A DNA stretch of 64,000 nucleotides from Candidatus Velthaea sp. (lineage in GTDB: Bacteria; Vulcanimicrobiota; Vulcanimicrobiia; Vulcanimicrobiales; Vulcanimicrobiaceae): the NCBI GenBank assembly GCA_965214935.1, contig CBDCCS010000021.1:1-64000 (forward strand), in the 5' to 3' direction. Position 1 is the first letter of the stretch. Each line of letters starts with the position of its first letter. The notes under the pieces were generated by a model, which saw only the letters and a program-made list of their open reading frames with translations, had not been told where the DNA came from and made no database searches. Positions 1-11,011 of the stretch are shown piece by piece. The position numbers and the translations under genes are program-made.

Positions 1-1538
1 CCGAAGCGACGGAGAAAAATTCGATATCCGTTTGCGTGAACGGTTTCACGCGGCGTTCACGCGAGGTGAATCCGATCACGCCGTACGGCCGTCCATCGAT
101 GAGAAGCGGGACGGCGATATACGATTTCCAACCGCCTTGGATCGGCGCCTTGGCAAGTTTCGTAACGTCGTCGACGACGACGGCGACTTTCTCTCGTGCA
201 TTCATCGATGAGTGGAAAATCGTGGCTGCAAGCGGATACCGCGCCCCGGCATCGATGATTAGCTCGGCGCCGCGACTCAAACTGTTCGCAATGACGACTT
301 CACGAGCGTCATGATCGATAATTCCGAGATACGCCCAGTCGAGGTTAAAATAAGCGAGACCGAGCCGTAAAGCTTCCTCGATCTGATCATTACCTTGTGC
401 GGTCGTTGCACTTGCTATTGCATGTAGAGCGTTGAGCTGTTCGGCATACGCGCGTTGGCGTTCTTCATCTTTACGCAGCGCAAACGCATAGCTCTCAAGA
501 TCGACGCACTCGCGGCAAATCTCGTGCAACTTCGCTGCAAAAACGGCGGTGAGCCGCTCGATCTCGAACATCCGCTGACCGACGCTACGCTCGAGTTCTT
601 CGTTGCGGCGCGAGAGCTCGGCAAGCGCGACGGCTTTTCGCGATCCGTCGGTTTCACGCGAGCAGCGTGCGATGCAATCAGCGAGCTCGCGATCGATCGC
701 CGATAGTGGATGATCTGCAAGACTTGCCGGCTCGTCGGGCAGCGGTGGCGCTTCGGCGTCGGCGCATTGCAGTACCGCGTTGCTGCGCGCGCACTCGATG
801 AGCGCCTCGATTCGCGCGAGGTCGTCGGTCGCTGCATGAATTTTCACGAGCGCGATGCCGGCGTCATGCGACAAAGCCTCGGCGCGTGGCACCACCGGGT
901 CGTCACAGACCGTCGGTCTCGAGCGCGTTTCATCGAGTTCCGCGACATTGCGCGCGAGCGCACGCTCGAGCACGTTATTGGCTTTGAGCAAATGAACGCC
1001 GCGCTCGATGGTCTGCTTTTCCAGCGTTGCCGTTGCGCTCAGCGATTCAAGGCGATAGCGCTCGGCAAGTTCCGCTTCGCGAATGAGCGCCGTTACCCGG
1101 AGAACCGCGCGCGGTGCCGCGACGGCGGTGAGCGCCGACGCTGCGACGGTAATAAATTTTACACCGGTCGATAACCAATAGGCCGGCGACCACAGCGTAA
1201 CGATCTCCATGAGGTGCGTTCCCGCGCAAGCTACAATAAACGTCGCGAACGCAACGAACATCCATTGGAAACGGCAGACGGTTTTGGCTGACCAGCCGGA
1301 CCAGCGCGGCTGCGATCACGATGTACGAGCACGCGATGAGCAGGTCTGCAACGGCATTCGACCACAGCAAATTCACCGACCACAGAAAGCACATGCCGTG
1401 CGGCATGAGGTCGAGCGTTCCGGGTTTGTAAAGTGTAAACGCTACGCACATGCTACCGGCCGAAACGATCGCTGCGCCGAAGATGCAGATAGCGCGAGTG
1501 GTGCTTCGCGTAGGTACACGCGAAACTCGTCCAAACAT
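1..1538 (-). CDS. Membrane sensor with ethylene-receptor-like N-terminal domain, coiled coil and GAF domain; one +1 frameshift at ~1269-1271; runs off the left edge
   Basis: Frame 1 gives MPHGMCFLW..ADLLIACSYIVI..RLPF. Removing one base from CCG TTT C CAA continues QWMFVAFATFIVACAGTHLMEIVTLWSPAYWLSTGVK and stays open to base 1, ending in GAF-like SYIAVPLLIDGRPYGVIGFTS..PFTQTDIEFF. Start codon uncertain. Confidence 0.8.
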
Positions 1539-1803
1539 GTGATGCAACCCTGATGACCGAATCGCTGGGCTGAACTCGATGCCGGCGCGCAACGCGGATG
1601 CATCAAGGTCGTATGTAGGCGGTATCGGTGTAATACCGGAACGCAACATCGAAAAGACGCTAAATTAATGTTCCTTCGTGCCACGACGCAAGCAGGCCGG
1701 TGGGTGCGTTCGGCAAGACGGCTCGATCGGGCCGGGCTAGCAAGAAACCTCGTCGCGGCGGCAAATTGTTCAGGGGCTCAACGCGATTCCGTAAGGTAAC
1801 CCC

Positions 1804-2430
1804 ATGAACATAGGTATCCTCGGTGCGGGCAATATCGGCGCAAATGCCGCCCGCCTGTTCGTTAAAGCCGGTCACACGGTGCGAATCGCGAATTCACGCG
1901 GACCACAGAGTCTTACGAACCTCGTTAACGAACTCGGCCCGACGGCACTTGCATCATCGACGGGTGACGCGGTTGCGTTCGGCGACGTCGTGTTGCTTGC
2001 AATTCCGTGGGTGGCGAAAGAGGAAGCGATCCCGGATGCCGGTCCGTACGACGGAAAGATCGTCATCGATGCAATGAATCCATACACCGAAGATTTCGAG
2101 ATCGAAGACCTCGGCGAGCGAACGTCATGTGAAATTACCCGGACGCTCGTGCCTGGGGCGCGGCTCGTTAAAGCGTTCAACACGATCTATTATCGCCGGC
2201 TTGCCGCTGAAGGCCGGCCGCGCGGAACGCCGGGCCGGCTCGCCATTCCGGTTGCAAGCGACGACGCAGATGCAAAGGCGACGATCATGACGCTCATCGA
2301 TGAGATCGGCTTTGATGCCGTTGATTCGGGCGGCTTGCATGACGGCGGCCGGCGCCAGCAGCCGGGCACGCCGGTGTACAATCAGCCCTTCGACGCCCCG
2401 GCTACACGCGAAGCGCTCGCGCGCGCCTGA
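1804..2430 (+). CDS. NADPH-dependent F420 reductase-like dinucleotide-binding oxidoreductase
   Basis: IGILGAGNIG Rossmann motif, ANSRGP, VIDAMNP, LVKAFNTI, IGFDAVDSG. Confidence 0.9.
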   Translation: MNIGILGAGNIGANAARLFVKAGHTVRIANSRGPQSLTNLVNELGPTALASSTGDAVAFGDVVLLAIPWVAKEEAIPDAGPYDGKIVIDAMNPYTEDFEIEDLGERTSCEITRTLVPGARLVKAFNTIYYRRLAAEGRPRGTPGRLAIPVASDDADAKATIMTLIDEIGFDAVDSGGLHDGGRRQQPGTPVYNQPFDAPATREALARA

Positions 2431-2454
2431 TCTCCGCTCCTTACAATCCGCTTC

Positions 2455-4302
2455 TTACAATAGCGGTCCGTCGCCGTCGGCCGGCCGTTCGATCACACGA
2501 TCGAGAACGAAGTCTTCGAGCCGGGTAACGGCCGTACGAAGATCGAGGATTTCGGTATCGAGGACCAAGTCCGGAGCCTCCGGCGGTTCGTAATCGCCCG
2601 AGATGCCCGTGAAGCCGGGAAGTAAGCCTGCCCGCGCTTTGCGGTAATGGCCCTTCGGATCGCGACGTTCGCACACATCGGCGTCCGCACGAACGTAAAT
2701 CTCATGATACGCATCGCCCGCGATCGCGCGTGCACGGTCGCGATCCGCAACGAACGGCGAAATGAAGGCGGCGATCGCGACCGCTCCCGCATCGGCGAAA
2801 AGCGCGGCGACTTCGGCGGCTCGCCGAATATTTTCACTGCGATCCGCCGCCGAGAAGCCGAGATCCGAACAGAGCCCGGACCGCAAGTTATCACCGTCAA
2901 GCACGTACGTCTGCATACTGCGATCGAACAGGCGGCGCTCCAGCTCCATCGCGATGGACGTTTTTCCGCTGGCAGGCAAACCGGTTAGCCAAACGACGGC
3001 ACCGCGATGGCCGTTCTTGCGTGCCCGAGCAGTCTTAGTCATATGGTGGCCGACACGAATGACGTCGCTGCCGATCGTATCGAGTACCGCCAGCACGGTG
3101 CCGCCCGCAACAATCTCAAGACCGTCGAGCAGAATGAAACGGGCAAGACCGGGATGCATATCGACCGTATCGAGCGCCTGCGGCTCGCGCGTCCGCAAAA
3201 CGACTTCGGCGACGTCGTTCGTTTGTGCGGCAGCAGGCTGCCGTACATCAAGTGCATCGATGTTGACGACGCGATCGAACGCAGCGATGCCGACCTTGAT
3301 CGTGCGCGTGCCGATGCGCATGCGGAACGAGTCACCCATCGCGAGCGGACGTGCGCCGAGCCAAAGCAGGCGCACGCGAAACTGCGTAGCCCGCGCCGGT
3401 GCCCGTGCCGTTTCCATGATGACATCGCCACGCTCGATGTAGAGCGGCTCTTCGAGCGTAAAGCCGATCGACTCACCGCGCGCGGCCTGAGTGCGCGGTA
3501 CATCGGGCCAGACGTCGATCGAGGCGATACGCGCACGACGCATCGCGGGCGCTACGAGCACGTCTTGGCCGACGCGAAGCTCGCCCGACTCGATGCGGCC
3601 GACGAATGTACGCCGCAGTTCGCGGCGTAGTACGCCTTGCACCGCCAGCCGTAACATCGCGCCGCCCGGCAAACGTAACGGAAGGTTCAGCAACGTTGCA
3701 AGCACCGTCGGCCCGTCGTACCAGGACATCGCCGTTGCACTTTGGACGACGTTCTCACCGTTACGCGCGCTCGTCGGCACAAAGGCGGCCGCAATAATGT
3801 CGAACCGCGTAAAGATCGTTTCGAGTTCCGACCGAACGTCGTTATAGCGGACGCAGTCGTAGGCAACGCGATCCATTTTATTGATTGCAACGACGACGCG
3901 TTGGATGCCGATCAGTTGCAGCACGAGCGCGTGACGCCGCGTCTGTTCGCTCACGCCCTCATCGGCATCGACCACCAGCAACGCTGCGTCCGCGCCGGAC
4001 GCACCGGTAACCATGTTGCGCAAAAATTCTTTATGACCGGGCGCGTCGATGAGGACGATATCGCGCGTGGACGTGCGTAACCAAAGCCGGGTCGTATCGA
4101 TCGTAATTGCCAGGTCGCGCTCGCTCTGCATTGCATCGAGCACGAACGACCACTCGAATGCCGCACCGCGCCGGCTTGCAGCCGCACGCAGCTCTTCAAC
4201 CTTTCCGTCGGGAAAATTACCGCTATCGTGAAGTAAGCGGCCGATAAGCGTTGATTTGCCGTGATCGACATGACCGACGGCAACGACTCGAAGCTGTTGC
4301 AT
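2455..4302 (-). CDS. cysNC: Bifunctional sulfate adenylyltransferase subunit 1 / adenylyl-sulfate kinase (CysNC/NodQ-like)
   Basis: [14 protein letters not shown] and NKMD GTPase motifs; C-terminal [36 protein letters not shown]-kinase motifs. Confidence 0.95.
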   Translation of the reverse strand: MQQLRVVAVGHVDHGKSTLIGRLLHDSGNFPDGKVEELRAAASRRGAAFEWSFVLDAMQSERDLAITIDTTRLWLRTSTRDIVLIDAPGHKEFLRNMVTGASGADAALLVVDADEGVSEQTRRHALVLQLIGIQRVVVAINKMDRVAYDCVRYNDVRSELETIFTRFDIIAAAFVPTSARNGENVVQSATAMSWYDGPTVLATLLNLPLRLPGGAMLRLAVQGVLRRELRRTFVGRIESGELRVGQDVLVAPAMRRARIASIDVWPDVPRTQAARGESIGFTLEEPLYIERGDVIMETARAPARATQFRVRLLWLGARPLAMGDSFRMRIGTRTIKVGIAAFDRVVNIDALDVRQPAAAQTNDVAEVVLRTREPQALDTVDMHPGLARFILLDGLEIVAGGTVLAVLDTIGSDVIRVGHHMTKTARARKNGHRGAVVWLTGLPASGKTSIAMELERRLFDRSMQTYVLDGDNLRSGLCSDLGFSAADRSENIRRAAEVAALFADAGAVAIAAFISPFVADRDRARAIAGDAYHEIYVRADADVCERRDPKGHYRKARAGLLPGFTGISGDYEPPEAPDLVLDTEILDLRTAVTRLEDFVLDRVIERPADGDGPLL

Positions 4303-5097
4303 CTACATGTAGCCGCTGGTGCGTAAGCGTTCGAACGCGTCTTCACTTTCGTGATCCATCACTCGACCCGCGCGTTCGGCCGCCGTCGTTGATTCGAGCT
4401 CGGCAATGATTTCGTCGACCGACGCGGCGGTTGAATCGACCGGTACGGTGATATTCTTTTCGCCTAAGGAACGATAGCGTTTTCCATCACGCGCAAGATA
4501 CAGCGGCACGAACGGTATCTTCTCGCGCTCGATATAGCGCCAAACGTCGATCTCGGTCCAATCCAGTAAGGGATGGATGCGGAGGTGACGCCCTTCTGCA
4601 AGCTCCGTGTGATACACGTCCCAGAGCTCGATCGGTTGATGTTTGAGATCCCATGCTCCGTCGACCGTGCGTGGCGAGAACACGCGTTCTTTTGCGCGCA
4701 TCGATTGCTCGTCACGACGTATGCCGACGATGACGCCGCGGTATTTCTCCCGCCTTACGAGCATCCGCAAACCTTCCGTCTTGCGCGCTGCGGCGCGCGT
4801 TGCCGGCGGCAACGTCGAATCCATCTCCGACTCGGGAGGACAATCCTCGTTCCACAGATCGAGTTTCCATTGCGCAGCGAGCGAATCGCGGAACGCATAA
4901 ACTTCGGGTAACTCCATACCTGTGTCGAGCAACACAACCCGAAACGGTACGACGCCGAAGAACGCCTTGCGGGTAAGCCACAGCAACGTCGTGCTATCTT
5001 TACCCATCGACCACAACATGCAAAGTGGTTCGACCCGGAAATAAGCCTCGCGTAAGATTGCGATCGATCGGGCTTCCAGCTCATCAAGCAACGTCAT
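4303..5097 (-). CDS. cysD: Sulfate adenylyltransferase subunit 2
   Basis: WSMGKDS, GIRRDEQ..RAKERVFS, RIHPLLDWTEIDVW, RYRSLG; ATG 5097 preceded by GAGG; abuts cysNC. Confidence 0.95.
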   Translation of the reverse strand: MTLLDELEARSIAILREAYFRVEPLCMLWSMGKDSTTLLWLTRKAFFGVVPFRVVLLDTGMELPEVYAFRDSLAAQWKLDLWNEDCPPESEMDSTLPPATRAAARKTEGLRMLVRREKYRGVIVGIRRDEQSMRAKERVFSPRTVDGAWDLKHQPIELWDVYHTELAEGRHLRIHPLLDWTEIDVWRYIEREKIPFVPLYLARDGKRYRSLGEKNITVPVDSTAASVDEIIAELESTTAAERAGRVMDHESEDAFERLRTSGYM

Positions 5098-5160
5098 AAC
5101 CTCTGTGTTGACCGATGCATACCTCGGACAGTTGCTGCACTGACTTCGGAGCCTCACACA

Positions 5161-5925
5161 CTGGATTTTCGCTTTTCGCTCGCCGGCTTTATCGTCGGAA
5201 TTTTAGTCGGCATCTCCGGTGTCGGCGGCAGTGCGATTCTCGCTCCGATTCTGATCTTGTTCCTCAGCGTTCGAGCAACGGCGACGATCGGTACGGATCT
5301 GCTGTATAGCGTTCCGACCAAGGCACTTGCGCTCGTGCTGCACGTTCGCGCGCGCAACGTCGACTGGAGACTCACCGGCTTGCTGCTCGCGGGCGGGATT
5401 CCCGGCAGCCTTGTAGGACTCTTCGTTTTTGCACTGCTGCGCGCGCGCCTGGGACGCGAATCGCTCGAACTGCTTCTGCGCCATGGCATCGGCATAGCCA
5501 TTTTGGCGGCATGTGTCGGCACGTGGTACACGCGCTACCGTGCCGGCGAGCGAACCGCGACGACCACGCGGTCCGCGGCGCCGCCGACGGTGATTGCGAT
5601 CGGATTGCTCGTCGGTTTCCTTGTTGCGTTGACGTCGGTCGGCGCCGGTTCGGTGACGCTTCCGTTATTGCTTATTGCACTGCCCGGCCTGACTGTTCGC
5701 AGACTGATCGGCTCGGAAATAGCCTTTGCTGCCTTACTGATTCCGATCTCGGCTGCAGCGCACGCAACGTTCGGGAATCCGCAGTGGAACGCGGTGGCGA
5801 ATCTGCTCGTCGGCGCGCTGCCGGGTGTATGGATCGGAAGTAGGCTATGTTCAAGAATCGGCGAGCGGACGTTGCTTCCGATCGTCATCGCCGTGCTTGC
5901 AATCGCGGGCGTGAGCCTGCTCTGA
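5161..5925 (+). CDS. Sulfite exporter TauE/SafE family membrane protein, probable CTG start
   Basis: In-frame extension DFRFSLAGFIVGILVGISGVGGSAILAP upstream of the listed ORF; IGTDLLY, LTSVGAGS, LLVGALPGVWIGS motifs. Confidence 0.88.
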   Translation: MDFRFSLAGFIVGILVGISGVGGSAILAPILILFLSVRATATIGTDLLYSVPTKALALVLHVRARNVDWRLTGLLLAGGIPGSLVGLFVFALLRARLGRESLELLLRHGIGIAILAACVGTWYTRYRAGERTATTTRSAAPPTVIAIGLLVGFLVALTSVGAGSVTLPLLLIALPGLTVRRLIGSEIAFAALLIPISAAAHATFGNPQWNAVANLLVGALPGVWIGSRLCSRIGERTLLPIVIAVLAIAGVSLL

Positions 5926-6134
5926 CATGTGCATCACATTCGCGTCGCTCAACCGTCTTTTTCAAATTGTCTCAGCAATATCTAAGGTAAAGATCGTAGC
6001 CTCAAAGCTCAGCGCGGCTCTCTGACCGCACGGCAGGCACAGCTCGCCGTCGAAGGGATGTTTGATTGAGGCGTTTGGATTTTTACAGCGACGGACGCAC
6101 GGCGTTTGTCGGCACGTAATTAACTTACGAACCG

Positions 6135-7712
6135 TTGGCGCGCACGTGCTACATCCATATCGGCACGCACAAGACCGGAACCACGTCGATTCAGCGTTTT
6201 CTCGCGCTCAATCGCCGGCTATTCGCCGATCGCGGCGTTTTGCTACCGATTACCGGATGCGACAATGCTCCCGATTATGTCTCGCATCACCAATTAGCAT
6301 ACGAGCTTAGCGGTGACTCGCAATTCGACGCAACATTCGGCAGGCTTGATGCGCTTGCCGCCGAGCTTCGAGCAAGTGGCGCCCACAGCGCGTGTCTGAG
6401 TTCGGAGAATCTGTCGCTCCTGTGGCATCACGGACCGCGCTTACTTCGGCTCCGCGACATCGTTGTCGACGCCGGCTTTACGCCGAAAATTATCTGCTAT
6501 CTTCGGCCACAGGCCTCGTTCTGTACCTCCGTTTACGCGCAGATCGTGTGCTACGATCGTTACCGCACGCCGTTTCGAGCGTACCTCGCCGACGTGCTGG
6601 CTCGACCGTCGGTATGGGATCCGACGCGACCGCCGTTCGATTACGCGAAGATTATCGACGCTTTCAGTGCGGCATTCGGCGCTGACTCGATGATCGTTTG
6701 CCGTTATCGGTCGACGGCGCCCGACCGAGAACTGCTGTTCGAGTTCGCACGACGGCTGCTGCCGACAATCGATGTGCGCGACTTGACGTTTCCGCCGGTG
6801 CGCGAGAACGGTTCACTCGATTTCAACACGGTGCTGCATTCTCTGGGTGCGTCACGACAAAGCGGGCGGTCGCGTGTTAAGTTTGCACCGCTCACAGTCC
6901 GCGATGTGTTACGATTCGGCGTTCGCTTCGGTGCAGCGAACGAAGCAATTGCAGCGCGTTATCGGATCCGGCTGCCGGCGTTCGAGACTATCGATCTCGC
7001 GCTTGCATCGCCGCTACGCCGGACGTGGGGCAAAACGCAAGCAGTTATGTCCGCACGCCGAGCGCTTGCGCGGACGCACGCCGGCCGCCCCGTACTCCGG
7101 TGGCAGCCGGCGCTCGTTGAAGGTTTCGTCGCGACACTTTGCCTGGCCGTGGCAGCGGTATCGATCGCATACGGTACCCGCATTGCGTCGACGGCTCTCA
7201 TCGAGTTCGGCATGTTGACGATCGTCGTTGCCGTCTACGCCCTCGTGACGTTCGTGCTCTATGCGTTTTGGTCGCCGAGCGACGCTGCGCGTCGGCATTT
7301 CTTCGACTGGAGCACGCGTTTCATCGCCCTCGGGTACATCGTGATCGGGTGCTACGCGCTCGGCAACGCAGTGTTGGATGTCATGCTCGCCCGCTACGCT
7401 CCCGATTTCATCTGTTATCCGGCAGCGCTTGCCGCAGTCGCAGCGGCCCTGACCATTGCCGCCGTTCGACCGGTACGCGCGCGCCGCTTGAACGACCGGC
7501 GCGCCGGCAACGCTACGGTCAGTCCGGTCGACGATGGCATGTATCTTGCTTGCTGCGGCGTCGTTCTTTGCGCTCAACTCATTCATTCGATCTATTCCGG
7601 CTGGTGGCTCGACACGATCTTCGATATCGTCGTCGGCGCAGTTGCGGGAAACCAACTCTATCGCATGCGCCGTTTCCGCGACATGCCGATCCCTGCTCCG
7701 AGCTATGATTGA
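6135..7712 (+). CDS. Sulfotransferase-like domain fused to a degenerate CDF/TMEM163-like multi-pass membrane domain
   Basis: N-terminal YIHIGTHKTGTTSIQ (PAPS-binding-loop-like), LSSENL, IICYLRPQ; C-terminal ~6 hydrophobic helices ending GWWLDT. Confidence 0.7.
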   Translation: MARTCYIHIGTHKTGTTSIQRFLALNRRLFADRGVLLPITGCDNAPDYVSHHQLAYELSGDSQFDATFGRLDALAAELRASGAHSACLSSENLSLLWHHGPRLLRLRDIVVDAGFTPKIICYLRPQASFCTSVYAQIVCYDRYRTPFRAYLADVLARPSVWDPTRPPFDYAKIIDAFSAAFGADSMIVCRYRSTAPDRELLFEFARRLLPTIDVRDLTFPPVRENGSLDFNTVLHSLGASRQSGRSRVKFAPLTVRDVLRFGVRFGAANEAIAARYRIRLPAFETIDLALASPLRRTWGKTQAVMSARRALARTHAGRPVLRWQPALVEGFVATLCLAVAAVSIAYGTRIASTALIEFGMLTIVVAVYALVTFVLYAFWSPSDAARRHFFDWSTRFIALGYIVIGCYALGNAVLDVMLARYAPDFICYPAALAAVAAALTIAAVRPVRARRLNDRRAGNATVSPVDDGMYLACCGVVLCAQLIHSIYSGWWLDTIFDIVVGAVAGNQLYRMRRFRDMPIPAPSYD

Positions 7713-7790
7713 CGTGCCGAGCCGAACGTAGCGGCGTCGATACCGGCAACGCTAGCAGTGCTGCCGTTCGATCGACGCGAAACCGCGTGA

Positions 7791-9338
7791 ATGTCACTGA
7801 CCATCGGCGCAAGCCACGAACTCGACGGCCAACGCATATCGCTTGGAACGATCGAAGACGTCGCGCTGCGGGGCGCACGCGTAAGCATTGCGCCCGCGGC
7901 TCGCGCGCGGGTCGCAGCGGCCCGTTCTTGCGTCGAACGGCAATATCATCTCGGCGCGATTATCTACGGTGTCACGACCGGATTCGGACGCATGGCGAAC
8001 GTTGTGATCGATCGTGCCGATACTGCGATACTGCAACTCAATTTAGTCCGCTCGCATGCTTCGGGCACCGGCGCACCGTTACCCGAACCGCAGGTGCGGG
8101 CCGCGGGCGTGCTGCGGGCAAGTTCGCTGGCAGCCGGGCATTCCGGGATCCGAGTCGAGACGCTGGACCTGTTATGCGAATTGCTCAATCGCGGCGTTAC
8201 GCCGATTGTCCCCTGTCAGGGCTCGGTCGGCGCCAGCGGCGATCTCGCACCGCTCGCACATATGACGCTTACGCTCATCGGCGAGGGCGAAGCAACGTAT
8301 TGCGGCCAGCGGCTGCCCAGTGCCGAAGCGTTGTATCGCGCTGGCTTAGCACCGATCGTACTCAGCGCTAAAGAAGGGCTGTCGCTCGTCAACGGCACCG
8401 AGGTGATGACCGGGATCGCTGCGCTCGCCGTGCTACGCGCCGAGCGGCTCATTGCCGCAGCCGACGTCATCGGCGCAATGTCGCTCGAAGCGTTTCTCGG
8501 TACGGACCGGGTCTTCGATGCACGCATCAATGCGCTGCGTCCGCATCCGGGCCAGATCCGCGTTGCCGATAACTTGCGTGCGCTGCTGAGCGGCTCAGAG
8601 ATCATGTTGTCGCATCGTGAATGCGGTCGCGTGCAAGATCCGTACTCGTTCCGTTGCATACCCGTCGTTCACGGCGCAGTGCGGGCGGCGGCCCGCCATA
8701 CGCGCGACGTCGTTGAGATCGAGTCGATCTCCGTCACCGACAATCCGCTTATCTTTCCCGCCGACGACGAGTTCCTGACCGGCGGCAATTTTCATGGCGA
8801 ACACGTTGCGCTCGTGAGCGATTTCTTAAAGATCGGAATGGTCGAACTCGGTTCGATGTCCGAGCGGCGTTTGTACTTGCTATTGAACGCCGAAGAACGC
8901 GGTTTGCCGTTATTTCTGGCGCGCCGGCCGGGACTTGAATCCGGCTTGATGCTCGCACAGTACACGGCGGCCGCGCTCGTGAGTGAAAGTAAAGGACTCG
9001 CACATCCCAACAGCGTGGACTCGATTCCGACGTCGGCGGGTCAGGAAGATCATGTCAGCATGGGCACGATCGCCGCGCGCAATCTCGACAGCGTGCTTGA
9101 CAACATCGAAGGGGTGTTGGCGTGCGAATTGCTCGGCGCACTTGCCGCGACCGATTTCCGGCGTCCGCTGCGTTCGGGCGCCGGCACGCGAGCTGCATAT
9201 GATTGCGCCCGTGCCGCTATCCCCGAGCTCGTTGCCGATCGTTCGCCCGCACCCGATATAACGGCCGCGCGAATGCTGCTGCGCGACGGTTCGTTCCTTG
9301 CAGCGGCCACATCGGCGGCGGGCCCGCTTTATGCCTGA
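7791..9338 (+). CDS. hutH: Histidine ammonia-lyase
   Basis: [20 protein letters not shown] (MIO-forming ASG), [22 protein letters not shown]. Confidence 0.97.
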   Translation: MSLTIGASHELDGQRISLGTIEDVALRGARVSIAPAARARVAAARSCVERQYHLGAIIYGVTTGFGRMANVVIDRADTAILQLNLVRSHASGTGAPLPEPQVRAAGVLRASSLAAGHSGIRVETLDLLCELLNRGVTPIVPCQGSVGASGDLAPLAHMTLTLIGEGEATYCGQRLPSAEALYRAGLAPIVLSAKEGLSLVNGTEVMTGIAALAVLRAERLIAAADVIGAMSLEAFLGTDRVFDARINALRPHPGQIRVADNLRALLSGSEIMLSHRECGRVQDPYSFRCIPVVHGAVRAAARHTRDVVEIESISVTDNPLIFPADDEFLTGGNFHGEHVALVSDFLKIGMVELGSMSERRLYLLLNAEERGLPLFLARRPGLESGLMLAQYTAAALVSESKGLAHPNSVDSIPTSAGQEDHVSMGTIAARNLDSVLDNIEGVLACELLGALAATDFRRPLRSGAGTRAAYDCARAAIPELVADRSPAPDITAARMLLRDGSFLAAATSAAGPLYA

Positions 9339-9355
9339 GCGGGAATGAAGCGGCG

Positions 9356-11011
9356 ATGATTACCGAGCATCGCGTCATCCGTGCGGCACGCGGCACGCAA
9401 CGTACGGCAAAAAGCTGGTTGACCGAAGCGCCGCTGCGCATGCTCATGAACAATCTCGACCCGGATGTCGCCGAGCGGCCGGACGATTTAGTCGTTTACG
9501 GCGGCATCGGCCGCGCAGCGCGGGATTGGCGCAGCTTCGATACGATCGTCGACGTCTTGCGTAAACTCGACGACGACCAAACGCTGCTGGTGCAGTCGGG
9601 CAAGCCCGTCGGTGTATTTCGCACGCATGCCGACGCACCGCGCGTGTTGATTGCAAATTCAAACTTGGTGCCGCACTGGGCCACCTGGGAGCACTTCAAC
9701 GAGCTCGACCGGCGCGGCCTCATGATGTACGGCCAAATGACGGCCGGCTCGTGGATTTATATCGGCTCGCAAGGCATCGTGCAAGGAACGTACGAGACGT
9801 TCATGGAGGCCGGGCGCCGGCACTTCGGCGGCGACTGGGCCGGGCGCTGGATCCTCACGGCCGGACTCGGCGGCATGGGCGGCGCCCAGCCCTTGGCGGC
9901 AACGATGGCCGGCGCGTCGATGCTCGCCGTCGAGTGCGATTCGAGCCGCATCGAGCGGCGCCTCGAAACACGTTATCTCGACCGGCGCGCCGAGACGCTC
10001 GACGAAGCACTCGCGCTCATCGGCGCCGCCACGGCGGAGCGCCGGCCGCTCTCCGTCGGGTTGCTTGCCAACGCCGCCGACGTGTTTCCCGAATTGGTAC
10101 GGCGCGGCATTCGCCCGGATATGGTGACCGATCAAACCAGCGCGCACGACCCGCGTAACGGCTATTTACCTGCCGGCTGGACGCTCGACGATGCGCGCCG
10201 CGCGCGCGATACCGACCCCGAACGCATCGCAGCGGCGGCGAAAGCGTCGATGGCCGTGCACGTTGCCGCGATGATCGCCTTTCATCGTCTGGGCATTCCG
10301 ACCGTCGACTACGGCAACAACATCCGTCAAATGGCAAGCGACGCGGGCCTTGCCGACGCGTTTGCGTTTCCGGGTTTCGTACCGGCATATATTCGCCCGC
10401 TTTTCTGTCGCGGCGTCGGACCGTTCCGCTGGGTTGCGCTCTCGGGCGATCCCCAAGATATCTATCGAACGGATGCCAAACTTCAAGCGCTGTTTGCCGA
10501 CAACGCGGGACTCGTGCACTGGCTCGATATGGCACGCGAGCGCATTGCCTTTCAAGGCTTGCCGGCGCGCATCTGCTGGATCGGCTTAGGCGACCGCCTC
10601 AAAGCCGGTATTGCCTTCAATGAGATGGTGGCGTCGGGCGAACTCAAGGCGCCGATCGTCATCGGCCGCGATCATCTCGATTCGGGCTCCGTCGCAAGTC
10701 CGAATCGCGAGACCGAAGACATGCTCGACGGCAGCGATGCCGTCTCGGATTGGCCGCTTCTCAACGCATTGCTCAATACCGCCAGCGGCGCGACGTGGGT
10801 GAGTCTGCACCATGGCGGCGGCGTCGGCATGGGCTATTCGCAACACGCGGGGATGGTCATCGTTGCGGACGGCACCGCCGATGCCGCACGGCGCTTAACG
10901 CGCGTGTTGACGAACGATCCGGCAAGCGGCGTCATGCGCCACGCCGATGCGGGTTATGCCGAAGCCCGCGACAGCGCACGCGAACACGATCTCAATCTGC
11001 CGATGCTGTGA
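9356..11011 (+). CDS. hutU: Urocanate hydratase
   Basis: [54 protein letters not shown] 9356 chosen just after the hutH stop. Confidence 0.97.
   Translation: MITEHRVIRAARGTQRTAKSWLTEAPLRMLMNNLDPDVAERPDDLVVYGGIGRAARDWRSFDTIVDVLRKLDDDQTLLVQSGKPVGVFRTHADAPRVLIANSNLVPHWATWEHFNELDRRGLMMYGQMTAGSWIYIGSQGIVQGTYETFMEAGRRHFGGDWAGRWILTAGLGGMGGAQPLAATMAGASMLAVECDSSRIERRLETRYLDRRAETLDEALALIGAATAERRPLSVGLLANAADVFPELVRRGIRPDMVTDQTSAHDPRNGYLPAGWTLDDARRARDTDPERIAAAAKASMAVHVAAMIAFHRLGIPTVDYGNNIRQMASDAGLADAFAFPGFVPAYIRPLFCRGVGPFRWVALSGDPQDIYRTDAKLQALFADNAGLVHWLDMARERIAFQGLPARICWIGLGDRLKAGIAFNEMVASGELKAPIVIGRDHLDSGSVASPNRETEDMLDGSDAVSDWPLLNALLNTASGATWVSLHHGGGVGMGYSQHAGMVIVADGTADAARRLTRVLTNDPASGVMRHADAGYAEARDSAREHDLNLPML

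Noticed and set aside
455..1174. Plus-strand ORFs 455-706 and 710-1174
   Set aside because: Antisense to the long open minus-strand sensor frame, which has recognisable domains.
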